Shown one piece after another: positions 39,470 through 49,256 of a stretch of DNA of 64,000 bases. The notes below the pieces were generated by a model that ran no database searches, had not been told where the DNA came from, and was given only the letters and a program-made list of their open reading frames with translations. Within the stretch, counting starts at the first letter, position 1. Every line of letters begins with the position of its first letter. Source of the DNA: a virus; the IMG/VR virus record IMGVR_UViG_3300045988_183062, positions 14,512 through 78,511 of that record; one strand, given 5' to 3'. Both the position numbers and the translations under genes were made by a program.

Positions 39470-39891
39470 ATATCGCTTTATTCGCAATCTCAACATTTAT
39501 CGTCATCATCTGTATTGGTATTCCGGTTGCTACCCACCCTCGTTGGTTTAAAACCTATGAAGAGAAAATACATTCGGCAAAAGACAAAGGCTACTGCGCT
39601 ATGGCAACGCCTGTCAAAATCCAAGACCAGCCGTATAACTCCAATGAACCTGCCTATAAGAGCCACAACTATTCCGTCACATATCAATTTGAGTTTGCAG
39701 GCAGGATATATACAAAGCGCCGCCAACAGAATGACTACCCGGAGCCAAGGATGTTCTATTTTCCGAACGGGAACCCAAAAAGAGCATTTTGCTGCAGGGA
39801 AGACCAGCCCATGACATTCGGTAGCTGGATTCCGGTGCTTATGCTTGTTGCAGTCGGCATCGTATATCGAATTCTATCTATATTTGCATAA
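39466..39891 (+). CDS. Small two-TM membrane protein (DUF3592-like topology)
   Basis: TM at both termini; ATGA overlap. Confidence 0.45.
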   Translation: MNIALFAISTFIVIICIGIPVATHPRWFKTYEEKIHSAKDKGYCAMATPVKIQDQPYNSNEPAYKSHNYSVTYQFEFAGRIYTKRRQQNDYPEPRMFYFPNGNPKRAFCCREDQPMTFGSWIPVLMLVAVGIVYRILSIFA

Positions 39892-39993
39892 AGGACTTTT
39901 AGGCTATTCAACCTGCGGACTCTTTGCAGCATCTGTAATCTTGGCAAGAGCGACAAGTATGATGAAAATAGCTTGAACTGAAAGAGGTGAAAC

Positions 39994-40884
39994 ATGTACA
40001 ACTACGGTAAGCCAATTGACTTTGGTGATTGGCTGATTGACATGCCGGACGAGTTTTCGTTCTGGATTGAGGACCAAATGGCAATGATAACGCCCTTGGA
40101 TATTGTGCTGGTGGCCGCAGGCTTGCTGGGAATTATCGGGCTCATCTGGTTTCTGGTCACACGTCATGCCAAGAAGAATGTAGAACAGACGAGTAACATC
40201 CTCGATGGGCTACGAGAAATCAATCAAGGCTATGAGTTCTATGATGTCGATGCGGAAATCACGCTGGAGTATCCTCAAGATACGAAGGAAGACTATGAAA
40301 ACGCTTCTTTTGACCGGCTCTTTATGAGCACCGTCCAGAAGAAAATTGATGCGTTTGAAGAGGTCTTCGGTTGGGCCAATAGCAACAACATTCAGTTTGG
40401 AATGTACAAAAAAGAACTCGAAGGCCTGCCAAACTGGACGGAGAAAGATGACGATTGCGGCCGCCGGGTGCCGTTCCGCCTCTATCACAAGTGGGAACAG
40501 AAGCTCGTGAACGATGCGGTGTATGGCACACCTGTCACACAGCCTGTCTTCCATGTGGTCAAACAGTATACTCCCGCAAGGGGAAAATCACTCGCTGAGA
40601 CCCGTACATATTCTATGGCAGAGGCTAAGGAGTTTGTGAAGCTTGCAAAGGAACATGAGGCAGAGAAGCAAAAACGAGCAGCAGCTCGCAAGGCTGCATC
40701 TGCCGAACTTCGTTACTCGGTCTTGCAGCGTGATGAGTTCCACTGCACTCTCTGCGGCCGCTCACCAGCGGAGGGTGTGAGCCTTCATGTCCAGCCCATC
40801 ATGCCGCTTCCTAAAGGCGAGCAGCCTACGGCAGATTATTACCGCACTGTCTGTAATGAATGCCTGGAGGTGAACCATGTATAA
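39994..40884 (+). CDS. N-terminally membrane-anchored HNH-family nuclease
   Basis: TM (IVLVAAGLLGIIGLIWFLV); C-terminal CTLC...LHV...CNECLEVNH HNH-type zinc/His motif. Confidence 0.6.
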   Translation: MYNYGKPIDFGDWLIDMPDEFSFWIEDQMAMITPLDIVLVAAGLLGIIGLIWFLVTRHAKKNVEQTSNILDGLREINQGYEFYDVDAEITLEYPQDTKEDYENASFDRLFMSTVQKKIDAFEEVFGWANSNNIQFGMYKKELEGLPNWTEKDDDCGRRVPFRLYHKWEQKLVNDAVYGTPVTQPVFHVVKQYTPARGKSLAETRTYSMAEAKEFVKLAKEHEAEKQKRAAARKAASAELRYSVLQRDEFHCTLCGRSPAEGVSLHVQPIMPLPKGEQPTADYYRTVCNECLEVNHV

Positions 40885-41077
40885 AATCTGCCCTACATGC
40901 TTTGAAATGCTAAATAGAGCAAATGCCAATCGAGTCAGAGCTTATACACCTAAACAAAGTGCTATTGTTAGTCATAAACGCAATTCGTTCCAGTTGGAAC
41001 ACAATGTTTCGGAAATGGGACGTATTGTAGCAAAAGCAACTCCTAAAAAGTTATAAGTGGAGGAGGCGTAATTTGTT

Positions 41078-41278
41078 ATGATTGAAACGAAATCAGGCGT
41101 CAGCCTTCGTATCAATGGTACGGTCATCTTTGCTTCCAATAATGTATCCTACTGGTTCATCAATGGCCGCCTAATTCGGAGTGATGGCGAAATCGAAGGA
41201 GAAGCCACAACCATGAAAGACGCAGTCGCTATTGTGCTTGAAAAGTACGGCGGCAGAAAGGAGCCAATCAATGGATGA
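41078..41278 (+). CDS. Small protein, paralog of the next gene
   Basis: RBS GGAGGAGG; SGVSLRINGTVI.. similar to SGVTLRVSNGSTI.. downstream. Confidence 0.45.
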   Translation: MIETKSGVSLRINGTVIFASNNVSYWFINGRLIRSDGEIEGEATTMKDAVAIVLEKYGGRKEPING

Positions 41279-41468
41279 AATCAGGACCAATAGCGGAGTA
41301 ACTCTCCGGGTATCCAATGGAAGCACAATCTACACCTCTGACGGTAAAGCATTCTGGTGCTGCGGCTCGATGCTCGTAGGTAACGGAACCGTCATCAGCT
41401 ATAAATGTAAATCGGCAGAAGAAGCGCTGGATATGGTTGCGGCACTTTATAACGGCCGTGCCAAATAA
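41271..41468 (+). CDS. Small protein, tandem paralog
   Basis: RBS AAAGGAG; overlaps previous by 8 nt. Confidence 0.45.
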   Translation: MDEIRTNSGVTLRVSNGSTIYTSDGKAFWCCGSMLVGNGTVISYKCKSAEEALDMVAALYNGRAK

Positions 41469-41469
41469 A

Positions 41470-41513
41470 ATAGGCTGTCACCTCAAACTCCGGGGTGGCA
41501 GCCTTCTTTTTTG
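41470..41513. terminator. Bidirectional terminator between convergent genes
   Basis: ggctgtcacc..ggtggcagcc hairpin with flanking A/T runs. Confidence 0.65.
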
Positions 41514-41515
41514 TT

Positions 41516-41983
41516 TTACAGGGCATGATGGCATACATGCTCAAAATCGACGAGCAGTTCTTTCGCAGCTTTCTGCATATACGCCGCAGCCGACTCATCA
41601 TGGTCTTTTTCAGATAAAAGTATCAGGCACGGGCGGTTCATGGCGGTCGAACCACTACAGTGGCAGGAGAGCAATTCTTCTCCAAATTCGTGATTAAGGA
41701 TAGCAGTAAGGCATTCGCCCATCAAGGCACAATCGTCATCCTTTGCCAAAAGCCTATCCGCATCATCGTAGTTAATGCGGCCGTTATCGAGACATACACG
41801 GTCAAGAAACGCCCGAACAGTGTCAGATACAATCATAGCGTCTATAGTCTGGCGATGATTCTCAAGAAAAACATAAAATATAATCTTTTCAATTTCATCC
41901 AGGTAAAAGCCAAAGCCTGTAATGCGAGTCTTGGTATCGGTTTGTGTCATAGGGAACACCTCATCCATCTTTTCTATTTGCAT
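41516..41983 (-). CDS. Hypothetical protein (minus strand)
   Basis: Clean ORF opposite orientation, convergent with upstream genes. Confidence 0.5.
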   Translation of the reverse strand: MQIEKMDEVFPMTQTDTKTRITGFGFYLDEIEKIIFYVFLENHRQTIDAMIVSDTVRAFLDRVCLDNGRINYDDADRLLAKDDDCALMGECLTAILNHEFGEELLSCHCSGSTAMNRPCLILLSEKDHDESAAAYMQKAAKELLVDFEHVCHHAL

Positions 41984-42079
41984 TATAACACATAAAACAC
42001 AAAAATGCGAGATTTGACGCTATTTATTAAAAGCGTGATAACAATTTCTAAAGAAACCATGTACATGTCGTAAGGTTCC

Positions 42080-42120
42080 TTGTTCATCCGTGCGAATCGA
42101 GTATCATTGTAGGTAAACTG
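42080..42120 (+). promoter_or_regulatory. Conserved-family promoter copy c (TTGTTC-16-TATCAT; spacer GTGCGAATCGAG variant)
   Basis: See findings. Confidence 0.5.
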
Positions 42121-42147
42121 ATAAAGAGATGAAAAGGAGATGTGTAT

Positions 42148-42759
42148 ATGAGTGATTTCAACCCGAAAAACGACCCGCAAGTCCAGGCATACATTGCCTT
42201 CGTGGAAGACTTCAAAGAGTTTATTCGCAGAGAGGATAGAGTCGGCAAAGACCAGTACAAGCTGGTCAATCTCTATGGTGAGAAGGGGCTGGATGACCCC
42301 GATGCCAAGATTGTGACTTTGCAGGACGAAAAGGCTCAGCTGCTTGCCGCAGCCAGCTGTGACCTTGCAAAAGCAACGCTCTGGCTGTATTACTTCCGCG
42401 ACAAGTTCACAGACATCGAGCTCGTTGACATCAGAGGGGAAGACTACACTTCCTATCTGAAGCAAATCATCCATAAACTGAACGATAATACGAGTCCGCT
42501 CTACCTGGATGCGTGGGATATGCTTATCCGCCTTGTGGCAGAAGACTGTATGCCGGATGCTTATGTCGGCGACAAGAAGAAATGGCAGCTGGTATACACC
42601 AACATGTACTGGAATGTCCACCTGGCGATGAAATCTCTCAAGACGGGTGGCTCCATCAAACGCATGGTGGACAAGCTGCCGAAGGATGCCGATAAAATCG
42701 GGAACCTGGCTTTCAAGTATTTCAACGACGCGCTGATTGCTTACGAGATGAATCCGTGA
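42148..42759 (+). CDS. Hypothetical protein, paralog A1 (pairs with 43987-44598)
   Basis: RBS AAAGGAG 7 nt upstream; ~35% identity to A2 incl. C-terminal DADKIGNLAFKYF/DADKITNLAFVLF. Confidence 0.55.
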   Translation: MSDFNPKNDPQVQAYIAFVEDFKEFIRREDRVGKDQYKLVNLYGEKGLDDPDAKIVTLQDEKAQLLAAASCDLAKATLWLYYFRDKFTDIELVDIRGEDYTSYLKQIIHKLNDNTSPLYLDAWDMLIRLVAEDCMPDAYVGDKKKWQLVYTNMYWNVHLAMKSLKTGGSIKRMVDKLPKDADKIGNLAFKYFNDALIAYEMNP

Positions 42760-42776
42760 GGTGTCGCGATTTCGCC

Positions 42777-42825
42777 TTGCGTGTCTGTGCGAATTGCATA
42801 AAATGAAAATTGTAAGCTAAATAAG
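42777..42825 (+). promoter_or_regulatory. Conserved-family promoter copy d (TTGCGT-16-TAAAAT)
   Basis: See findings. Confidence 0.6.
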
Positions 42826-42885
42826 TGTCTTGAGGAGAACGGCTCGACCGCTCTTTCTTTTTACTATGCAGAAAGAGGTTTCAGC

Positions 42886-43548
42886 ATGAACAAAAACATC
42901 CATTATACCGCAACGCGCATCACCTGCGAGTTGGAGAACGACATCTACAATTACATCGAGAGCCAGCTGGCAAAGAAGCTCGTACAGAAAGCTACCGCCG
43001 GGCGCAAGCAGTATTTCTATTATGGCAACGACTCGGACAGCACGGCCATGCAGGTTGCGATGACCGATGAGGAAGCAAAGCACCTGGCTGAGTGTTCTGT
43101 CCTGCTTGCCGAGCGGCTTATGGTGATGTACAACATGACGGCTGGCTTCAAAAACATCGAGATGCAGGCAACTACAGGCAAGCCGAAAGAAGCTACCTGG
43201 CCCAAGGTCTACAATACGATGGTTGCGAAAGGTTCGCCCTTGTATGATGAGCCGCTCCTTGGCCGCGTTTACAACCTGCCGAGCTACTATGCTTTGAAGA
43301 AGTACGACCGCCAGCTGATGTCCGACATGTATGAAGCCATGCTGATGGTGGTCTACGATACGGCCGCCGAGCTCAAAGGTCAGTGGGATACTAACGGCAA
43401 GATGACCTTGCAGAATCCTCTGTTCACACATATCGCTGTGACCATCTTCAACGGTCTCCTGGGTGCCACGACGATGCGCTACAAGGTTCTCAAAGATACG
43501 CCCGCCGGGGTTATGGAGGGAATGCACATTGAATCTGCTGCGGTTTAA
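42886..43548 (+). CDS. Hypothetical protein Q1, paralog of 49721-50320 protein; upstream partner of NADAR gene
   Basis: RBS AGAGG; region AKHLAECSVLLAERLMVMYNMTAGF ~ AKSLAYAATKMAERLIELSNKTDGFF. Confidence 0.55.
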   Translation: MNKNIHYTATRITCELENDIYNYIESQLAKKLVQKATAGRKQYFYYGNDSDSTAMQVAMTDEEAKHLAECSVLLAERLMVMYNMTAGFKNIEMQATTGKPKEATWPKVYNTMVAKGSPLYDEPLLGRVYNLPSYYALKKYDRQLMSDMYEAMLMVVYDTAAELKGQWDTNGKMTLQNPLFTHIAVTIFNGLLGATTMRYKVLKDTPAGVMEGMHIESAAV

Positions 43549-43972
43549 GAAAGACGACCCGACCTACGGGTTTCTGAGCAATTATTATCCTTGCTCCTTT
43601 GTGCTGGATGGAATCTACTACCTCAACGCGGAAGCAGCATTCCAAGCCCAGAAGGTCCCGCCGGAGGAAAGACGCCAGTTTGCCTGCCTCATGCCGAACG
43701 AGGCGAAGAAACTCGGCCGCCGGGTCCAACTTTCTCCAGATTGGGACGAAGTTCGAGACGAAGCGATGCGCCGGGTGCTGTATGCCAAGTTCAGCCAGAA
43801 CGAGGAGTTCAAACAGCGACTGCTCGCTACAGGCGACCGGCACATTATCGAAGACACGACCGGCTGGCACGATAACTATTGGGGGAAATGCCAGTGTCCC
43901 AGATGCAAGGGCGTTCACGGTCAGAACAAACTGGGCATGATGCTCGAAGAAATCAGGACCAAATTAAGATAA
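43529..43972 (+). CDS. NADAR (YbiA/DUF1768) domain protein, predicted ADP-ribose N-glycosidase
   Basis: TTG start with RBS GGAGGG; motifs GFLSNYYP..F..DGIYYLNAEAAFQAQK and GWHDNYWG; overlaps Q1 gene end by 20 nt. Confidence 0.7.
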   Translation: MNLLRFKKDDPTYGFLSNYYPCSFVLDGIYYLNAEAAFQAQKVPPEERRQFACLMPNEAKKLGRRVQLSPDWDEVRDEAMRRVLYAKFSQNEEFKQRLLATGDRHIIEDTTGWHDNYWGKCQCPRCKGVHGQNKLGMMLEEIRTKLR

Positions 43973-43986
43973 AAGGAGAACTCAAC

Positions 43987-44598
43987 ATGAGCGAACAGAA
44001 TACGATTGCCGAAGAGCAGCAGAAAGCCTATGAGGCCTTGGCGCACGACTTTATCGACTTCATCAAGAAGAAGGTACGCGCAGGGGAGAACAGCTACAAG
44101 CTGGTGAACATTTACAAGCAGTATGACATCGATGCTGACAGCTTCGATACGGTTCAGCTGGATGATGCCAAAGCCGAAAAGCTGGCACTTATCTGCATGG
44201 ACCTTGCCAACGCTATCCTGTGGCTTCACTGCCACCGCGATGAGTTCAAAGATACCGAGTTCATTGAGGTCGTGAACGGTAACTACCCGAAGTATCAGGT
44301 CAAGATTCAGCAGGCGATGAACGATGAGGGTGGTGCTTTGTACCTTTCCTGTTGGTATCCGCTCATCAAGTCACTTTCCGTGGATTGCATGCCGGAGCAC
44401 ATTACCAAGGACCGCGTGATGCAGCAGGCCATCTACGTCAACACCTACATGCTCGTCTACCAGGCGGCTAAGAGCCTCAAGGACGGCGGTGCGGTCAAGG
44501 AACTTGTCGGGCATCTCGATACGGATGCCGATAAAATCACCAACCTGGCCTTCGTACTTTTCTGTATGGAGTTGGATATGGTGAATTCTATTGCGTAA
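43987..44598 (+). CDS. Hypothetical protein, paralog A2
   Basis: RBS AAAGGAG; similarity to 42148 protein. Confidence 0.55.
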   Translation: MSEQNTIAEEQQKAYEALAHDFIDFIKKKVRAGENSYKLVNIYKQYDIDADSFDTVQLDDAKAEKLALICMDLANAILWLHCHRDEFKDTEFIEVVNGNYPKYQVKIQQAMNDEGGALYLSCWYPLIKSLSVDCMPEHITKDRVMQQAIYVNTYMLVYQAAKSLKDGGAVKELVGHLDTDADKITNLAFVLFCMELDMVNSIA

Positions 44599-44609
44599 CG
44601 GAGGCATCT

Positions 44610-45227
44610 ATGAAGTGCAATTACAAGAATCGCAATAGCGAAGGGGATAAAGGCTTTCAAGCCCTTGAAAGCTATACAAAAAGTCTGATGCCTGCAGTTC
44701 GAGCTATCGAGACGACGATGAAGCAGCAGTACATTGTAGATAGTACGACCTGTTACAATCCAGAAACCGAGCAGCGTGTAAAGGCAAACGATTTTACGCG
44801 AACCAGACTTGCTTTCATGTCGGCAAAATATGCTGACGGCATCCTTAAAGCTTGGGATGCCACAAAAGAGTCTGACAAGCTCGAATCGCCGAAAGATGAC
44901 GAGGACCTTTACAAACTGGCACTTGCAGCTTTCGCACCCGGCGGGAAGCTGGCCTTTGAAGGAGAAGACGAAAAGTTTTCAGAACTCATGTGCGTCTGCA
45001 CCTGGGCATCGAAAGACATCGTGGCTGTACTCAAAGAAGATGCAGACCTCCGAAAGACCATCTATGGAGCCATCTATAAGGCGCTGCTTCAAATTCAGGA
45101 AAGCGGCTGCCTACAAGTAGAAGGAAGAACAAAAACAGAGAGGTTCTGCCTGGTAGCTGTAGCAATCTTCCAAAAGCTGTTTACTGCTACTACGAGTGGC
45201 ATCTACCCGAAAAAAGAAACAGCATAA
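44610..45227 (+). CDS. Hypothetical protein
   Basis: RBS ACGGAGG. Confidence 0.5.
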   Translation: MKCNYKNRNSEGDKGFQALESYTKSLMPAVRAIETTMKQQYIVDSTTCYNPETEQRVKANDFTRTRLAFMSAKYADGILKAWDATKESDKLESPKDDEDLYKLALAAFAPGGKLAFEGEDEKFSELMCVCTWASKDIVAVLKEDADLRKTIYGAIYKALLQIQESGCLQVEGRTKTERFCLVAVAIFQKLFTATTSGIYPKKETA

Positions 45228-45235
45228 CCGAAACT

Positions 45236-45282
45236 GCACGCATGTGATTCGTAAACGCATGTGTGCAGTTTTTGCTCTATTT
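45236..45282 (+). terminator. Rho-independent terminator
   Basis: aactgcacgcatgtg..cgcatgtgtgcagtt hairpin + TTTTTG. Confidence 0.65.
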
Positions 45283-45302
45283 CGTGCAATGCAAGAAAAT
45301 TT

Positions 45303-46736
45303 ATGAGCAATGCAAACAAGCCAATCATAGCAATCCAAATCTATTACGAACAGCGAATCGGAGCAGAACGAGAAGTCCTGAAAACATTTTTTACCTTCAT
45401 TGGCTGCTTGGTCAGGACGACCCCAATGTCTGCAGAAGATATGCTGAAACAGCATAAGACTCTGGTGCATCCAGAGAATAAGCAGACTACGTATCTGTTT
45501 CTCACTGACCGCTATCCCGGCGATGCAGAACCGGCTGAGAATGAATTGTGGTGCGCTTTTAGTATTAAGAAACAGGAACTGATTATCAATAACGCTGCGG
45601 CTATACAGAGCCATTCTTCCGTAATGCAGTTTGGGAAGGAAGCGCTCGACAACATCATCTTCCACATCTGGCGAGAAGATTCGATGGCAGTAGCGAGTCT
45701 CCAGCACATCAATGAGGCCTTCTGGCAGTTTGACATGTTCGCGCACCTGGAAATCAAGAGTACGTTTCAGGTCCTGAAAATGAGCGAGTTGAAGACTCTT
45801 AGCCCAAAGAACGATTACAAGCTGCCGGATAACAGCTACTTCAACGAGATAGCTGATTCCTTCATTGGGCTGGAAAAGCATTGCCGAACAGGGCTTCAAA
45901 GCGTTTATTCCGTGTACACCTGTGTGAACGCCCAGAGGCATCTGAGAGAGCTTACGGCCACGTTGGAGACATTTTCATCGTTGAGAATAAGGCTACTTTC
46001 GGTTCTTGAGTCGGTAGAGAAGCTGCTTTCAGAGCTGAACAAAATCTACCGCGTAGACCCTGGCTTCGTGCCTATGTACAGCCTGGCTGCTGCACTGTGC
46101 GATGGGCAGCCTCAATTTGCCCTCGATGCCCGGCCATACCTGCGCGAAGCCATAGAGCACGCCACGAAAGAGACAACGCCTTTTACGGCCGAGATATTCC
46201 TGCAATACGGCATCTCCGAGAAGCAAATGTATTCTGACAAGGAAAGAGCCTTGCAATGCTTCCAGAAAGTGCTGCAACTGGATGATTCCTCTTACAAGGC
46301 AATGTTTCAAATTGCTTGCCTGGATGCGGCCGACAGGAAGTACCAGCAGGCAAAGGCAGGCTTCAAGGAGGTAATCGTCACCATCCAAGGCGGCGACGCC
46401 AATCCCGATTGGGGCCTTCTATCTCTGGAGGAGATGCTCTATGTGTACCGTGCTTACATCTGGCTTGCAAAGCTTGCATTGGTCTCAGATGGTGAATTTG
46501 CCATTGGAGCGCCCATTGCGATGGCGCTTAACGCAGCGGATGCGTTTAGGCAAGCAACGATGCTGCATGATTGTTGCGACTATGAAAAGTACCAGCATGT
46601 TGGGAGCTATTATGGCTCCGGCATTGTTGTGAGAGCTATGTTTGTAGTGCTGAGAGATATGGTGGGAGATGCGGAGATAAATAGGGAGTTAGGGGAAGAG
46701 ATTGAAAACAATATTAAATGCTATGGAATCAAATGA
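45303..46736 (+). CDS. Hypothetical protein with TPR-like helical repeats in C-terminal half
   Basis: Long ORF; start uncertain (45261-45303). Confidence 0.5.
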   Translation: MSNANKPIIAIQIYYEQRIGAEREVLKTFFTFIGCLVRTTPMSAEDMLKQHKTLVHPENKQTTYLFLTDRYPGDAEPAENELWCAFSIKKQELIINNAAAIQSHSSVMQFGKEALDNIIFHIWREDSMAVASLQHINEAFWQFDMFAHLEIKSTFQVLKMSELKTLSPKNDYKLPDNSYFNEIADSFIGLEKHCRTGLQSVYSVYTCVNAQRHLRELTATLETFSSLRIRLLSVLESVEKLLSELNKIYRVDPGFVPMYSLAAALCDGQPQFALDARPYLREAIEHATKETTPFTAEIFLQYGISEKQMYSDKERALQCFQKVLQLDDSSYKAMFQIACLDAADRKYQQAKAGFKEVIVTIQGGDANPDWGLLSLEEMLYVYRAYIWLAKLALVSDGEFAIGAPIAMALNAADAFRQATMLHDCCDYEKYQHVGSYYGSGIVVRAMFVVLRDMVGDAEINRELGEEIENNIKCYGIK

Positions 46737-46917
46737 TAAGCACTTCAAAAGAAAAGTAAAGCCTGTTTACGTTTGGAGCATTTCCGCAATCATTATACTA
46801 ATAGTCAGGGTAGCTCTGTATTGTCTGAAAATCAATGATGCGTGGGAAATTATAGCAAGCGTCGTTGAAACGCTTAATTTAGTCAGCATTATAATCCTCA
46901 CACAAAAAAACAGCTGA
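46702..46917 (+). CDS. Small membrane protein (tentative)
   Basis: 71 aa with 2 hydrophobic helices, overlaps upstream gene end. Confidence 0.3.
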   Translation: MKTILNAMESNDKHFKRKVKPVYVWSISAIIILIVRVALYCLKINDAWEIIASVVETLNLVSIIILTQKNS

Positions 46918-46975
46918 TATAGAAGAAAAGCAATATTGTTTACAAGCAAGCAAAAGTGCAAATGTAATCGCGAGA

Positions 46976-47320
46976 ATGAACGCCAATGACTTTGAAGAAG
47001 CGCTGCTCGACCACGCCCAAAAATTTGCAATCAAACTTGATATATATAACAAAGGAAATGATGTTGCAACTGACATAGAAATTGTTGTCAACGAACAGAA
47101 ATTTGTTACAATCGAATTTATCGCGCCAAGTGAGACAAAGCAAATTCTGCTTGGAATTGTTGATTATGAAAATAATAGTATAGAGCTTCTAACAGGAGAA
47201 AAAATAGCATTAGACAAAACGAACAAGGCGCGGGTAATATATCATAAGGTAGAATGTAGGAGTGGTCACTGGTTCTTAGCTGTCAAAATTGGGACACCGT
47301 TAACAATAACACCCAAATAA
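46976..47320 (+). CDS. Hypothetical protein
   Basis: 114 aa ORF. Confidence 0.4.
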   Translation: MNANDFEEALLDHAQKFAIKLDIYNKGNDVATDIEIVVNEQKFVTIEFIAPSETKQILLGIVDYENNSIELLTGEKIALDKTNKARVIYHKVECRSGHWFLAVKIGTPLTITPK

Positions 47321-47335
47321 GCGCCTTATATAGTC

Positions 47336-47363
47336 TTGCGCAATTCTCAAAACATGCTATAAT
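47336..47363 (+). promoter_or_regulatory. Sigma70 promoter TTGCGC-16-TGcTATAAT followed by leader hairpin
   Basis: Consensus hexamers; hairpin cagcctcc..ggaggct + TTTTTATTTTT at 47390-47442 before RBS. Confidence 0.55.
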
Positions 47364-47455
47364 ACAGACATCACAACAGGTTCACAGCCTCCTATCGTAA
47401 TCAGTATCACACTGACTGCGGTGGGAGGCTTTTTATTTTTAGGAGGTAAAATACT

Positions 47456-47938
47456 ATGGAAAAGCCGATTGAGTACAAGGAAATGGCAGCACGACACATT
47501 TACGCGTATCATAATACTGCTGGAAAAAGGAGCATTTCACGCAGTGAGAAAGTGAAAGTATCCGCCGAAGAAGCTACAAAATGGCTTGACGCGCAATACG
47601 GAAAAGAAGCACTGCTCATTTTAAAGAAAATCCTTGAAATATCCGATGGAAAAGATAGCTGTGACATCAAACTGCATGGTAATGGAGAATTACGAATGCT
47701 CTTTATGACCGGAGACGGCATCGATTACAAAAGCGGCAACATGTCAGATGAACAAGCACAAGCTACCAAACGAGCATATAAGCGTTTTGAAGATTTAAAG
47801 CGACGTGGATACCTTGATGGGAACGGAAGCGTTCTGTATATTACGCTTAAAGGCAAAGAATATTTCTATCAAAGCACTAAAAATGCAGAAAAAGTAATGA
47901 CGGGAAACAAAAGAGCCGCACAAGAACCGCAAAATTAA
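47456..47938 (+). CDS. Hypothetical basic protein
   Basis: RBS AGGAGGT 8 nt before ATG. Confidence 0.55.
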   Translation: MEKPIEYKEMAARHIYAYHNTAGKRSISRSEKVKVSAEEATKWLDAQYGKEALLILKKILEISDGKDSCDIKLHGNGELRMLFMTGDGIDYKSGNMSDEQAQATKRAYKRFEDLKRRGYLDGNGSVLYITLKGKEYFYQSTKNAEKVMTGNKRAAQEPQN

Positions 47939-47991
47939 AGAAATCACGAATTTAATTCAAATATGCCGGATTCGATTAAGTAAATTTTATA

Positions 47992-48040
47992 TTGCTGTAT
48001 CGTGCGATTTGCGTACAATTAAAGGTGCAAGAAGACCCCC
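47992..48040 (+). promoter_or_regulatory. Conserved-family promoter copy e (TTGCTG-16[..GTGCGATTTGCG]-TACAAT)
   Basis: See findings. Confidence 0.55.
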
Positions 48041-48066
48041 AATAACATATACAAAGGAGATTTCCC

Positions 48067-48387
48067 ATGAATACTTGCACTCTGAAATTTGAAGCTACCG
48101 TATTCCGCAATGATGACGACAACAACCTCGAGAGTTTTTCGGCATCCATCAGCGTTCCCGTGGAGAACGATGACGAAGTGATTGGGAACATGCTGGGCGA
48201 TGAGAAGCTGATTGTTCATGCTGTTGCAGCACTGTACAACCTTATCAGCGACCTGCACCCCAACTGGCTGGACGGCGAGGATACCAGCCTGACGCTGGAT
48301 ATTTCCATCGACGGCAGCGAGGCCCAGTCACGCGGCGGTCTCGTCGCTATGAAAGGGAACGGCTTCACTTTCGACCTCGAAGATTAA
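48067..48387 (+). CDS. Small acidic protein, duplicated cassette copy 1
   Basis: RBS AAAGGAGA; ~45% identity to 48572-48899 protein. Confidence 0.55.
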   Translation: MNTCTLKFEATVFRNDDDNNLESFSASISVPVENDDEVIGNMLGDEKLIVHAVAALYNLISDLHPNWLDGEDTSLTLDISIDGSEAQSRGGLVAMKGNGFTFDLED

Positions 48388-48400
48388 GCTGAGACAATTC

Positions 48401-48439
48401 GGAGCCTTGCCTGCAGCAGCGGGTGAGGCTCCTTTTTTG
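48401..48439 (+). terminator. Terminator ggagcc..ggctcc + TTTTTTG
   Basis: Near-identical to terminator at 48912-48951. Confidence 0.7.
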
Positions 48440-48571
48440 TTGCGTAGCTGCTAAACGGATAAGAGAGCGTAGCTGCAAAAACCGTAGGCGCGACGGTTGA
48501 CGCGATATGCGAACCGCATACAATAATAAGTACCACAGGAAACCAATAACACATACAAAGGAGAATACCAC

Positions 48572-48899
48572 TATGAACACCAACCCAAACCTGATTGAGT
48601 TCAGCGCCACCGCTTTTCGTCCCAAGGATGACAACACCCTTGACAGCCTCACCGCTTCTATCAGCTTTCCCGCCGACAAGGAAAACGACGTGATTGCTCA
48701 GACTCTGGACGATGAGGACCTGGTTGCCTATGTCATTGGTGCGCTGCATGACCTCGTTGTTTACATGCGTCCCAACTGGCTGGACAACGAAGATTCCAGC
48801 CTGACTCTCGATGTCAGTCTGGACGGCGTAAAGTGCAAGTCTTGCGGCGGCCTGGTCACCATGACGCAGAAGGGCTACACCTTCGACGTGGAAGGCTAA
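48572..48899 (+). CDS. Small acidic protein, duplicated cassette copy 2
   Basis: Same RBS context (ccaataacacatacaaaggaga). Confidence 0.55.
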
Positions 48900-48911
48900 A
48901 CCGAACGAATG

Positions 48912-48951
48912 AGGAGTCTTGCCTGCAGAAGCGGGTGAGGCTCCTTTTTTC
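48912..48951 (+). terminator. Terminator ggagtc..ggctcc + TTTTTTC
   Basis: Hairpin + T-run. Confidence 0.7.
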
Positions 48952-49256
48952 TGCTGCATGGCCGCGATATGCAGTTGACACGATATGCGACCACCATATA
49001 CTAATAGATATTGAACAGCGCTGATAGTGTTGCTTCGGTAAAGACGAATAGGGTCTTGAGCGGACCTTAAACGCTCACTGCGAGAACGGCCTGCCTGCTG
49101 CTAACAGGCGGGTCTTTTCTTTTTATACGATGGCAAAGACTCTCTTTCAAAATGTGTACAGAAGATTAAAAACAAACTACTATCGTTGTATTTCGCCACA
49201 TTTACAGGTAAAATTATAGATAGAGAAAGCAAAAAAAGCACATTGCATCCACAAAA

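Noticed and set aside
39994-40884. Assignment of the membrane HNH protein as a restriction endonuclease of an R-M system
   Set aside because: No methyltransferase or specificity subunit is adjacent. Only the generic HNH call is retained.
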